Shown piece after piece: positions 1 through 9,635 of a DNA stretch of 64,000 nt. Source of the stretch: an uncultured Acidobacteriota bacterium (GTDB lineage: Bacteria; Acidobacteriota; Polarisedimenticolia; JACPZX01; DASXTC01); the NCBI GenBank assembly GCA_963806495.1, contig CAWDYA010000010.1:130971-194970 (forward strand). Reading direction: 5' to 3'. Every line of letters begins with the position of its first letter. Positions within the stretch are counted from its first letter, which is position 1. The notes under the pieces were generated by a model. That model was given only the letters and a program-made list of their open reading frames with translations. It was not told the origin of the DNA and made no database searches. Position numbers and translations under genes: made by a program.

Positions 1-1330
1 CGCTCGGCCTCGAGCGCCTCCGCGAGCAGACGCAGGCGGCGCAGTGCCGCGGCGATCGCCTCCCCCGCAGCCGCATCCCCCTCGTCTCCCGCGGGCCGGG
101 CGATCAGCCGGTCGGCGTCGTCGTACGTGAGCCGCGCCCGCGAGCGGATGATCGAGGGGACGATCTCCGAGTCGATCACCTCACCTATCGAGGAAACCGT
201 GACCAGGAAGGAGAGGGCGGGCCGGACATCCCCCGCGACCAGGCTCGCCGCCGATTCGGCGAGCGGGCGCGGCAGCATCGACAGCTTGAGATCGGGGAAG
301 TAGAACGTTGCCGCCCGGGACAGAGCCTCGGTGTCGACGAGGCCGCCGATCGGGATGAAATGAGACGGGTCTGCGATGTGGATTCCGATCCGCCAGGCGC
401 CGCCGGTCACCTCGACGCTGAGCGCGTCGTCGAGCTCGGTTGTCAGGTCGTCATCGATGGTGAAGGCCACCAGGTCGGTCAGGTCGCGCCGGCACGCGGG
501 ATCGACCGGCCGCGCGGCGTCGGAGGCCGCCGCCTCCTCCACCTCGGGCGGAAACGAGGTCCGCAGCCGGTACCTGTGGATCGAGAGGTTCTCGTCCGGC
601 CGGAACAGCCCGAGCGCTTCGAGCAGCCGGAACGCACGCTCCTGCGTCGGCCCTTCCGGCACGCCGGCCTCGTCGAGGATCGACACGGCGCCGCGGCGTG
701 ACTCCGCCTCGTCCCCCAGCAACGCGGCTTCCACCAGGTCGGCGATCGTCTCCCGGTGCAGCCGGCCGAACGCACCCTCCATGGCGTGGCCGGGCCCGCT
801 CGCTTCCTGCTGCAGCGCACCGCGGGCGGCATCGAGAAACTCCGCCCGCAGCGCGGCGCGCGCCTTGACCGCGGCCTCCCGCTTCACCGCTTGCTCCACG
901 TGCTCGCGCGACCGCGGCTCGAAATCGTCCCCCTTGCGCGTGAACCAGGTGCGGTCGGCCAGCAGAGCCCGCAGCATCGCCGAGCGGGCGACCGGCGTGT
1001 CCTCCGCGAGCCCCAGCTCGGCGAGATCGGCGAGACTCATACGCTGCGGGTCCTCCACGAGGACCTCCCACAGCGAAGGCAGATCGATCTCGGCGGCCCG
1101 CGACCGCGCCGCCCGGCCATGCTCCTGCGCCGCGTCCGCGGCGCGGCCCATCGAGGCGCCGCCCGCCCGGTGGGCTACGCGCGAGAGCGTGACACGCATC
1201 TCCTTGCCTGTTTCGGTGACGACCTTGAGCCGCCCCTTCTCCTCGCCGGTGACGACCGCGGACACGAGTCCCCCTTCATCGAACAGGTCGACGAGGTCAC
1301 CCGCCCCCGCGGTCATCGCTTTCGTCATGG
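1..1330 (-). CDS. RNase II/R-family 3'-5' exoribonuclease (RNB domain), N-terminal ~443 aa; gene continues beyond window start
   Basis: Manual minus-strand translation from ATG at 1328-1330; absent from ORF track because no stop occurs inside the window: MTKAMTAGAGDLVDLFDEGGLVSAVVTGEEKGRLKVV... (OB/cold-shock-like N-terminus), then RNB motif 'RDLTDLVAFTIDDDLTTELDDALS'. Varied, non-Arg-rich composition. Starts 24 bp downstream of the coxE-like stop on the same strand. Confidence 0.7.
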
Positions 1331-1353
1331 CGTCCCAATCCTCTCCGCCCGGC

Positions 1354-2616
1354 TCACAGCGCCCTCACGATCGCGGCGACTCCACGCGCGATCCCGTCGA
1401 GATCGCGCGCCTCGCATATCACGTCACAGGAAGGAGCGTAGCACGACAGGACCGAGTCGCCCGTGTCCCAGCGCGCTGCCGGCTCCGGGTTCAGCCAGAT
1501 CACGCGCCGCGATCGCCCGGCCATCGCCTCGAAGGCCCAGCCTTGCGGATCGCGGAAGTTGCTGCGCGCGTCGCCGAGCACCACCAGGACCGTATCCCGC
1601 CGCGAGGTCCGCGCGCCGGTCCCGTGCGCGCGTGCCGCCTGGTAGAACGCCCTGCCGTAGTCGCTCGCCGCCTTCGGGTCGAGCGCGTCGAAGGTCTCGA
1701 GGAACCTCGAGAACGAAGCCGGCCCCTCGCCGTCCCAATCCGCCAGCCGCTGTGTGGCATCGACGCACCGGTCGACGAACAGATGGACGGTCGTCCGCCC
1801 GCGCGTCTTGAGAAAACCGCCCGCGAGCATCAGGAACAGCGCCGACGCGCGCGCGACCGACCAGGAGACATCCACGAGCACGGCGACCCGCGGCCGCCTG
1901 GGACGGGGTGCGCGCCGTGGGATCACGAACGGCACGCCGCCCGTCCTCAGGCTGCCCCTCATGACCCGCGGCATCCAGGGACGCCCCCGCGCGGCGCCCC
2001 GCGCTCGCCGTCCGGCGCGCAGGCGGATCTCCCGGATCATCCGGGGCACCTCGCGTGCGAGGCGCTCGTCATCCGCCGAGGTCAGGGGGGCGGCCAGGTC
2101 GAGGCGCCGCGTCCGCCCCGGTCCGCCGGGCCTTCTGCGCTCCTCGGGACGTGCTCCGGGCCGTCCTGCCGGCCGCAGGTGTCGTCCCGGCACCCCCTGT
2201 CTCGGCGCCAGGGGCTCGGCTCCGCGCGTCTCCCGCGGCTCGCGCAATATCCGCAGCCGGCCGGGACGGCGTCGCGGCCCGGGAGCGCGTGGCGTCGCGC
2301 CCGGCGTCCCCACTCCGGGCTCCTGGCTCGGGCGTCGGCGCGTCGCACCGCCTTGTCCCGCCGCCTCGCGCCGTCCCCGGCCCCGGCGCCGACCGCCCTC
2401 ACGGGGCGCGGCGAAGTACGCGGCAAAGACCCGGTCGAATCGCGGGAGGTCCTCATGGGTCTTGACGAGGCTGGCCCGCAGTGCGAGACGCACGGTCTCG
2501 CGCCGCTCGAGGCCGACCGCCCGCAGCGCGCGGGCCGCGTCGATCGCCTCGGCCGGCGACACGGGCAGTCCCGCGCGCCTCAGCTCCGAGACGAAACGCT
2601 GGATCACCCGGATCAT
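1354..2616 (-). CDS. von Willebrand factor A domain protein, CoxE-like
   Basis: 420 aa ORF. CoxE-type N-terminus (MIRVIQRFVSELRRAGLPVSPAEAIDA...), MIDAS-like 'VLVDVSWSV' (D-x-S-x-S), C-terminal VWA fold. Its start lies 1 nt after the stop of the upstream MoxR gene. Confidence 0.8.
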   Translation of the reverse strand: MIRVIQRFVSELRRAGLPVSPAEAIDAARALRAVGLERRETVRLALRASLVKTHEDLPRFDRVFAAYFAAPREGGRRRGRGRREAAGQGGATRRRPSQEPGVGTPGATPRAPGPRRRPGRLRILREPRETRGAEPLAPRQGVPGRHLRPAGRPGARPEERRRPGGPGRTRRLDLAAPLTSADDERLAREVPRMIREIRLRAGRRARGAARGRPWMPRVMRGSLRTGGVPFVIPRRAPRPRRPRVAVLVDVSWSVARASALFLMLAGGFLKTRGRTTVHLFVDRCVDATQRLADWDGEGPASFSRFLETFDALDPKAASDYGRAFYQAARAHGTGARTSRRDTVLVVLGDARSNFRDPQGWAFEAMAGRSRRVIWLNPEPAARWDTGDSVLSCYAPSCDVICEARDLDGIARGVAAIVRAL

Positions 2617-2617
2617 C

Positions 2618-3532
2618 TCAGCGCCCGCGACTCCGGGGGGCCGCGGCCCGCTCGAGGTCCTCCCGGTTCTTGATCAGCGCTCCGAGGGTCCTGCGCAACG
2701 TCGGCTCGTCCAGCTCGCGGGCGCCCACCGCCGCCAGCGCGCGGGCCCAGTCCACGACCTCGGCGATCCCCGGGGCCCTGCGGGCCTCGGACCGGCGGAG
2801 GCCTCCCACGAAGGCCACCACCCGGCGTGCGAGCTCCTCCGAGATGCCCGGGACGCGCAGCATGACGATCCGCACTTCGTCGTCCGGCGCCGGGAAGTCG
2901 ACGTACAGGTACAGGCAGCGGCGGCGCAGCGCGTCCGAGAGATCCCGCGTGTCGTTGCTCGTGAGGATCACGCGGGGCGGATGCGCCGCGCGGATGGTGC
3001 CCAGCTCGGGGATGGACACCTGGTAGTCGGCCAGGATCTCCAGGAGGAACGCCTCGAACTCCTCGTCGCTGCGGTCCACCTCGTCAACCAGCAGCACCGC
3101 CGGCTTCTCCGAGACGATGGCGGCAAGGAGGGGACGCGGGAGAAGAAAATCGCGCGAGAAGAACTCGTCGGCCTGCCCCTTGAGCGCGCCCAGGGACGAT
3201 TTCAGATCCGGAGCCTCCGAGAGCAGATCGCCCACCTTCTCGCGCAGTAGCTGCGCGTACAGCATCTGCTTGCCGTACGACCACTCGTAGATCGCCTTCG
3301 CCTCGTCCAGCCCCTCGTAGCACTGGAGGCGGATCAACTCCACGCCGTGGAACCCGGCCCAGAGCTTGGCGATCTCGGTCTTCCCGACCCCCGGAGGACC
3401 TTCGAGCAGGAGGGGCTTCTCGAGCGTCTCCGAGAGGAAAAGGGAGGTCGCAACCTCGGGGGAGCACACGAATCCAGATTCGTCGAACCGCTGGGTGATC
3501 TGCTCCGGCGTGACCGCCGGACGGCGGCTCAT
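2618..3532 (-). CDS. MoxR-family AAA+ ATPase, CoxD-like (AAA_5)
   Basis: 304 aa. Walker A 'EGPPGVGKTEIAK', Walker B 'VLLVDEVDRSDEE', MoxR/CoxD-like conserved blocks. GGAGGA Shine-Dalgarno sits inside the upstream helicase 3' end; ATGA overlap with the helicase stop. Confidence 0.85.
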   Translation of the reverse strand: MSRRPAVTPEQITQRFDESGFVCSPEVATSLFLSETLEKPLLLEGPPGVGKTEIAKLWAGFHGVELIRLQCYEGLDEAKAIYEWSYGKQMLYAQLLREKVGDLLSEAPDLKSSLGALKGQADEFFSRDFLLPRPLLAAIVSEKPAVLLVDEVDRSDEEFEAFLLEILADYQVSIPELGTIRAAHPPRVILTSNDTRDLSDALRRRCLYLYVDFPAPDDEVRIVMLRVPGISEELARRVVAFVGGLRRSEARRAPGIAEVVDWARALAAVGARELDEPTLRRTLGALIKNREDLERAAAPRSRGR

Positions 3533-4899
3533 TTTCCTCCGCCGGATCCGGAGGATCCGGTCCCCCGTCCGCGCCTGCGGCGGCGTCCGCCGCCCGAGGA
3601 GCTCCTCTGCCCCGCATCCTTCGAGGCCGACGCAGCCCTCGGCTTGTCCGACGAGGAGCGCCTCTTGCCACCGCTGCGTCCCCCGCGCGGCCGGCGTGAT
3701 CGCCCCCCGGAGGGCCGCCGCGGCTCCTCTTCGGCCTCCGCCTCGCCGGGCCCCTCGTCGCCGTACGACTCGAGCGGGAGCTCCATCCCCGTGAGATCCC
3801 GGATTTCACCGAGCCGCTTCAGGTCGCGCGCGGTGACGAACGTGATCGCGTGCCCGGCGCGGCCCGCACGCGCGGTACGCCCCACCCGGTGGACGTAGTC
3901 GTCGGCGTCCATCGGAATATCGTAGTTGATGACGTGCGTGATCCCGCCGATGTCGATCCCACGGCCCGCCACGTCGGTGGCCACCAGGATGTGCACCTCG
4001 CCGCGGCGGAACATGTCCATGATCCCTTCGCGGTGACGCTGCTCCTGCAGCGACGACAGCCGCGCCGCCTCGTATCCTTTCTCGCGCAGCTTGCGCATGA
4101 TGTCGCCCGTCGATTCACGCCGCGCGGTGAAGATCAGGCAGCGGTCGGGGCTCTCCTGGTTGAGCACATCGAGCAGGAGCGGCATCTTGCGGTCCTCACG
4201 GACCCGGTAGATCGACTGGCGGACCCGATCGGCCACCATGGTGGACGGCGAGACCTGGACTTCGTGCGGGTGCATCATGTACGACTGCGCGATCTTCTTG
4301 ACGGCGGGCGGCAGTGTCGCGCTGAACAGCATCGTCTGACGCGACAGCGGCGCGCGGCGGCACAGAAAGTCGATGTCGTCGATGAAGCCCATGTCCAGCA
4401 TCCGGTCCGCCTCGTCCAGCACGAGCCACTTGATGTACCGCATGCGCAGGATCGCCGACTTGACGAAATCGATCAGCCGTCCCGGCGTGCCCACGACGAT
4501 GTCGGCTCCGGCGAAGATCTCGCGCCTCTGGTGCCCGATCGAGGTGCCGCCGTAGACCGGCAGCGCCCGCACCGCCAGATGCGCCGCGAGTTTCTCCGCC
4601 TCGCCGCAGACCTGGATGGCCAATTCCCGCGTGGGAGTGACGATCAGGGCCTGAACCTGGCCGGTCGCCTCGATCATCTGGAGGATCGGTATCAGGAAGG
4701 CCGCCGTCTTGCCCGTGCCGGTCTGCGCCATGCCGGCGATATCGCGGCCTGTGAGCGCCACGGGGATCACCTGCTCCTGGATAGGCGTGCAGACGGTGTA
4801 ACCCGACTCGGCGATAGCGTCGAGAAGCTTCTGGTTCAGCTTGAGGGCCGAAAACGGAAGCGGAGTCGGGGACTCGGCCGGTGCCTGAGGTTGGCTCAT
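3529..4899 (-). CDS. DEAD-box ATP-dependent RNA helicase with RGG-rich C-terminal tail
   Basis: Q-motif 'TPIQ', motif I 'AQTGTGKT', Ia 'PTRELA', II 'DEAD', III 'SAT', and a C-terminal Arg/Gly/Ser-rich tail. ORF track starts at 4968, but the likely start is ATG at 4897-4899 (MSQPQAPAE...). Confidence 0.85.
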   Translation of the reverse strand: MSQPQAPAESPTPLPFSALKLNQKLLDAIAESGYTVCTPIQEQVIPVALTGRDIAGMAQTGTGKTAAFLIPILQMIEATGQVQALIVTPTRELAIQVCGEAEKLAAHLAVRALPVYGGTSIGHQRREIFAGADIVVGTPGRLIDFVKSAILRMRYIKWLVLDEADRMLDMGFIDDIDFLCRRAPLSRQTMLFSATLPPAVKKIAQSYMMHPHEVQVSPSTMVADRVRQSIYRVREDRKMPLLLDVLNQESPDRCLIFTARRESTGDIMRKLREKGYEAARLSSLQEQRHREGIMDMFRRGEVHILVATDVAGRGIDIGGITHVINYDIPMDADDYVHRVGRTARAGRAGHAITFVTARDLKRLGEIRDLTGMELPLESYGDEGPGEAEAEEEPRRPSGGRSRRPRGGRSGGKRRSSSDKPRAASASKDAGQRSSSGGGRRRRRGRGTGSSGSGGGK

Positions 4900-4910
4900 A
4901 GCGGACGCAT

Positions 4911-4919
4911 ATTCTAGCA
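4911..4919 (-). promoter_or_regulatory. candidate extended -10 element (TGcTAGAAT) for the helicase-MoxR-VWA-RNB operon, ~11 nt upstream of the ATG (short or near-leaderless mRNA)
   Basis: Reverse complement reads 'gtgcTAGAATatgcgtccgctATG'. An AT-rich hexamer is conspicuous in ~70% GC DNA. No convincing -35 element. Confidence 0.35.
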
Positions 4920-5056
4920 CACGCTCCCCGCGGCCGCGTAAAGCGTCGGATTCCTTTTGCGCGACCACCTTTTGTTGTACACTTCGTCAGGTCGAGTCGC
5001 TCCGCGGCGGAGGGGGGAGGAAGGCCCCCGCGCGGGCCGCCACCCCCGGGGTCACG

Positions 5057-6754
5057 ATGTCCGAACTGCTCTGGTCCTTCGATCAACTGGCACGCTTCAC
5101 CCGTTACGACGATCCGGAAGTCCGTTACTGGGCCGCGGATCGACTCGTGACGCTCTTCCCCGCCGAAGCGGCCGACGTGATCGCCGAGCTGCTGCTCGAC
5201 GACCACGACTCCACGCCCGAGCTGGTCGCGCAGCACCTCGCGCGCCACGGGAAACCCCATCACATTCCGGTCGTGCTCCGCGGCTTCAGGCACAGCGAGG
5301 GCCTGCTGCCGGGCCGCTGCTTCGATGCCCTGGCCCGTCTGGGCTACGAGAACGCGCCGATGATCGCCGAGACCGCCCTCTTCCGGCGCGATCTGTCCGA
5401 GCAGTGTCTCGCGATCATCGTCGCGGCTCTGGCCGAGTCTGCCGCGCCGGGAGCGGCCGAGAGAGCGCACGAGTTCCTCCTCAGACGCCCCGAGCTGTTC
5501 GCCGAGCCCGCGGCGCTGCGGGCGGCGGTGCGCCTGAGCGCGCCGCAGGATTTCGGCGAGGTGATCCTCAAGTGGCTCACCGCCCTCCACTTCCGCGGTA
5601 TCGAGCCGATCGAGAGCTGCATCCGCGTGCTGTACGAGGAGCTCCAGCTCGAGGACAGCGGCTGGTGCATCCGCACGGGACGCAGCGGGCGGATCGACCT
5701 GCCCCGCACCATCAAGGCGATAGAAAGCGGATACGATCTCGACCTGCACGACGCCATACCGCAGCGGGTTCGCGACGAGATCGCCGGGAGGCTCGACCGT
5801 GGCTCCTTTGCCGAGATCGCCGGGACGCTCGGGCGGCTCGTGTTGGAGCGCGCGGCCGCCCTGCTGCCCCATCCGGAGGATCGCCTGCCGGATCGGCTCC
5901 AGTCGCTCGGACAGGCGTTCACCCAGCCCTCGACGCTGCAGATCGCGGAGCGTCTCGAGCCCGCGATGCAGCAGTGGCTGGTCGGCGCGTTGCTCGCCTC
6001 CACCGTGAAGGTGTCCACCTACAGGAACTACCTGCTGGAGATGCATGCCGCGGGCGACAGGGTCGACGCCCTGCTGGGACTCGCCGGGGCGGAGACCTCC
6101 TGCCTGCTCAGCTCGCTGCCCGAGAAGCTGAGCGCCGCGGGCGCGGCCGGCGGAGCGGCGGAGGCGGCCATCATCGACTGGTGCGTGCGCACTCTGGAGG
6201 CGCGGGGTCCCTTCTTTCCCAAGTCGATCGCGCTGGAGACTCTGGGGAGACTGCGCGCCGCGCGTCTCATCCCGGAGATCGCCGCCCATCTGTCCGACGA
6301 CAACCCCTACATCTACGGAGCCGCGGAGCGCGCGCTCGCGCGGATCGGGGCGCCCGTGCTGGGCTACATCAGCGCGACGATGGCCAGAGGAGGCGTGCAT
6401 CCCGACGCGATGCAGAGCCTCGTGCGGCTGGCGTGCGACATGGGTCGCGTCGAATCGCTGCGGCTCGTGCTCGACCACTTCGACGAGATATACGAGACGA
6501 TCGGCCCGGAGGCGGCATCCGAGGCCGTCGGAATGCTCGGCCATCCCGACCTGATCCCGTCCCTGAGACGCTGGCTGGATCGCTCGCGGGCAATGGTGGG
6601 TCAGGCGCTCCTGCTCGCGGGGGCGATCGGCAACCTCCCGATCCCCGAGGAAGAGTCGATCCTCAAGGCGATCGACGACTACTGGAAGGGTGCCGCCGAA
6701 GGGATCGACGACGGCCCGGAGCAGGACAGCCCGACCGGCCCTTACCTCATGTGA
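5057..6754 (+). CDS. HEAT-repeat (PBS-lyase-like) protein, function unknown
   Basis: 565 aa with balanced composition and repeated alpha-helical Ala/Leu-rich HEAT-like units ('DPEVRYWAADRLV', 'NPYIYGAAERALARIG'). Divergent from the helicase operon. Confidence 0.55.
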   Translation: MSELLWSFDQLARFTRYDDPEVRYWAADRLVTLFPAEAADVIAELLLDDHDSTPELVAQHLARHGKPHHIPVVLRGFRHSEGLLPGRCFDALARLGYENAPMIAETALFRRDLSEQCLAIIVAALAESAAPGAAERAHEFLLRRPELFAEPAALRAAVRLSAPQDFGEVILKWLTALHFRGIEPIESCIRVLYEELQLEDSGWCIRTGRSGRIDLPRTIKAIESGYDLDLHDAIPQRVRDEIAGRLDRGSFAEIAGTLGRLVLERAAALLPHPEDRLPDRLQSLGQAFTQPSTLQIAERLEPAMQQWLVGALLASTVKVSTYRNYLLEMHAAGDRVDALLGLAGAETSCLLSSLPEKLSAAGAAGGAAEAAIIDWCVRTLEARGPFFPKSIALETLGRLRAARLIPEIAAHLSDDNPYIYGAAERALARIGAPVLGYISATMARGGVHPDAMQSLVRLACDMGRVESLRLVLDHFDEIYETIGPEAASEAVGMLGHPDLIPSLRRWLDRSRAMVGQALLLAGAIGNLPIPEEESILKAIDDYWKGAAEGIDDGPEQDSPTGPYLM

Positions 6755-6769
6755 GGGGGACGCCCCCCG

Positions 6770-8498
6770 TCAGGGCGTCACGCCGGGTGTCTCGGCGACC
6801 AGCCAGACCCCCTCGCGCGCCATGATCGCCGCCCTCGTCAGGTCCCGCATGACACCCGCCACCGCGGGCGGCAGCACCGCCTGCGTGGAGGTGTCCTCTT
6901 CGGGCCAGAGGAGGTTCTGCCAGAAGCTGCGCTTCTCGGGCAGATAGACCAGGCGGACTCCCTCGTCGGGCGCGATGCCGGCCTCCGACTTCGCGATCTC
7001 GATCGCGCGCTTCATGCCTCCCAGCTCGTCGACCAGCCCGAGCTCCTTCGCGCGCTCCCCCGTCCAGACGTGCCCCTGCCCGATCTTGTCGACCGCATCC
7101 TTCTCCATCCCGCGCCCGTCGGCCACCAGCGTCGTGAACTTGTCGTAGATCTTGTTCATGAACTTCCAGTAGATCTGCTTCTCCTCCTCGCTGAACCGCT
7201 GGCCATCGTAGTAGTAGTCGGAATGATCGCCGATGCCGATCGAGACCCGGTTCAGGCCGATCCAGTCATAGAACCCCTTGGTCACCATCTTGCCGGCGAC
7301 GACCCCGATCGAGCCGGTGAGCGTGGCGGGCTGGCTGACGATTTTCGTGGCGCCGGCGGAGATCCAGTACCCTCCCGACGCGGCCAGGTCGGACATCGAG
7401 ACGATGACGGGCTTCTTCCGCATCGCCAACTCGACCTCGCGGCGGATCAGATCTGACGCGACCGCGGAGCCGCCCGGAGAATCGACCCGGAAGACGATGG
7501 CCTTGATGCCGTCGTCGGTGCGTGCCTTGCGGAAAGCCTCGGTGATCGTCTCGGACCCCATCAGGTACCCGGCTGTCGGATCCAGGGAGCTCTTCCCGTT
7601 GATGATGAGCCCCACACCGGTGATCACGGCGATGCGCGAGCGCGCGGACGGCTTCTTGGACTTGTCCATGTAGTCGCTGTACGACAGGGTCGGCATCTCG
7701 CCGCCCGCGCGATCCTCGAGGTCCTTCTCGAACTCGTCGTAGTAGCCCAGCTTGTCAATCAGTCCCTTTTCGAGCGCCTCGTCGCCGGTGAACGGTCCCT
7801 CGTTGATGAACGCCTCGACCTGGGCGGCATCCAGACCGCGCGCCTCGGCGATGCCGGCGACCATCTGGCCGTACCAGTCGGTCAGGTACGACAGCGTCGC
7901 CTCGCGGTGGGCGTCCGTCATCGTCTTCTCGGTGTAGATGTCCTTGGCGTTCTTGTATTTCCCGATGCTGTCGAAGTCGGGGTAGACCCCCAGCTTGTCG
8001 AGGGTGCCCCGCAGGAACGGAGTGACCGACAGCAGGCCGTACAGATTGACGTCTCCCGCCGGGGAAACCCAGAATCTCGTCGAACGCGGAGGCCAGATAG
8101 TAGACGCCGTTGCCGCTGCCGAACTCGCCGGCGGAGTCCATGTAGACGCGCGCCCACTTGCCGGTGGACCGGAAGTCCTCGATCGCGTCACGCAGCTCCT
8201 GGATCTTGCCCAGGCCCATCGAGAACGGCTTGATCACGGCCATGATGCCGGCGACGTTGTCGTCGTCCTTCGCGCGTTCGACGGCGTTGACGATATCCCT
8301 CAGGCGGGTCGCCTCGCCGACGAGAAGCCTCGCGCGGAGCGAGTCCTCCGTGTCCTCGGCGATATCGCCCGAGATCGTGAGCTTCACAACGGTTCCGGAT
8401 CGGATCCCACCAGCCCACATCACCGCGGCCGCCACGACGACGAGCACGATCAGCATCACGCCGGCAGCCAGCAGGCAGCCCTTGGCTCCCCTGGTCAT
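6770..8498 (-). pseudogene. sppA: signal peptide peptidase SppA (67K type), interrupted by a +1 frameshift near 8062 (sequencing indel or genuine pseudogene)
   Basis: Two overlapping ORFs (7755..8498 and 6770..8191) are each SppA-like only in part. Joining '...YYLASAFDEI' to 'WVSPAGDVNLYGLLSVTPF...' needs one base removed in 'gacgagatTCtgggtt'. Downstream there are ClpP/SppA-type serine-protease blocks, e.g. 'DSPGGSAVASD'. Confidence 0.75.
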
Positions 8499-8596
8499 CG
8501 TTCAGGCCTCCCGATATCCGTTCATTGCGGCTAACATACAAGACGTTACCTTACCAGATTCCCCCAGGCGGTGCGCGGCCGCGCCGCACCGGAGCG

Positions 8597-8947
8597 ATGA
8601 TGGACTCCCTCACGCGCCAGGGGAGGGCGCTGTTCAACGAGCAGCGTTACTTCGAGGCACATGAAGCGTTCGAGGATCTGTGGCGGGCCGCCCCGGAGCG
8701 GGAGCGGCCGGCGCTGCAGGGCCTCGTACAGGTGTGCGCGGGGCTGGTCAAGCACCAGCGCGGCCAGCCGGCCTCGACGCGCACCCTGCTGCTCAAGGGT
8801 CTCGCGAAGCTGGAGGACGCGCCCCCGGGCTGCCCGCGAGGCATCGACGTCGATCACATCATCGGGCAGGTCCGGGACATCCTCGAAGCTCTCGAGGAGG
8901 GGCACCCGCCGCCTGTCCCCTCGCTGCGCCCGCCTCACGATGTATAA
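8597..8947 (+). CDS. DUF309 domain protein
   Basis: 'GRALFNEQRYFEAHEAFEDLWR' is the DUF309 signature. Start taken at the internal ATG (MMDSL...); the ORF track begins at 8525. Confidence 0.55.
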   Translation: MMDSLTRQGRALFNEQRYFEAHEAFEDLWRAAPERERPALQGLVQVCAGLVKHQRGQPASTRTLLLKGLAKLEDAPPGCPRGIDVDHIIGQVRDILEALEEGHPPPVPSLRPPHDV

Positions 8948-9013
8948 TACGCAGCACCCCACGGCGAGATTCCGGTCTTTCGTCAGCTTACTTCGCACTC
9001 CGAGGAGGTCATC

Positions 9014-9628
9014 ATGCGCACGTCCCGGACCGCACGCCATCTCCTGGCAGCGGCACTGCTCCTTGCGGTGCCGGCCCTGTTCCTCGGCCAGGCCTGCCTC
9101 GCGGACGAGGTTTCAGCCAACTCGCTGCTCGGCAAGAAGATCCAGAACTTCACCCTGTCGGACACGGCGGGCAAGGAGCACTCCCTGTCGCAGTACCTCG
9201 GCGGCAAGGGGGTCGTGCTGATCTTCATCTCCACCCGCTGCCCCGTCTCGAACGCCTACAACGAGAGAATGGTCGCCCTCGCCTCCGAGTACGAGGGCAA
9301 GGGATTCACTTTCCTCGGGATCAACGCCAACAAGGCCGAGGACACGGCCGAGATGGCCGAGCATGCCGCCAAGCACGGATGGAGCTTCACGGTGCTGAAG
9401 GACAAGGGCAATGTCATCGCGGATCGGCTCGGCGCCTCGGTCACGCCCGAAGCGTACGTGATCGACAGCGACGGCATCCTCAGGTATCACGGCCGGATCG
9501 ACGACTCTCAGGATCCGTCGGGGATCCAGCACCGCGACCTGAAGGCCGCCCTGGACGCCCTGCTCGCCGGACAGGAAGTGGCACGCAAGGAAGCCAAGGC
9601 GTTCGGCTGCTCGATCAAGCGGAGCTGA
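9014..9628 (+). CDS. thioredoxin-fold (redoxin/AhpC-TSA-like) secreted protein with atypical C-P-V-S motif
   Basis: Signal peptide, 'VLIFISTRCPVSNAYNERM' (CxxS instead of CxxC), redoxin-like fold. GAGGAGG Shine-Dalgarno 7 nt upstream. Confidence 0.65.
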   Translation: MRTSRTARHLLAAALLLAVPALFLGQACLADEVSANSLLGKKIQNFTLSDTAGKEHSLSQYLGGKGVVLIFISTRCPVSNAYNERMVALASEYEGKGFTFLGINANKAEDTAEMAEHAAKHGWSFTVLKDKGNVIADRLGASVTPEAYVIDSDGILRYHGRIDDSQDPSGIQHRDLKAALDALLAGQEVARKEAKAFGCSIKRS

Positions 9629-9635
9629 CCCCGGG

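Noticed and set aside
376-2673. 765-aa + strand ORF spanning the coxE/coxD/RNB region
   Set aside because: It is antisense to three genes with clear conserved motifs. Its composition is dominated by Arg/Ala/Ser/Pro runs typical of wrong-frame translation of high-GC DNA.
4196-6544. 782-aa minus-strand ORF
   Set aside because: Antisense to the HEAT-repeat gene and the helicase 5' region; low-complexity Arg/Gly/Asp-rich sequence with no motifs.
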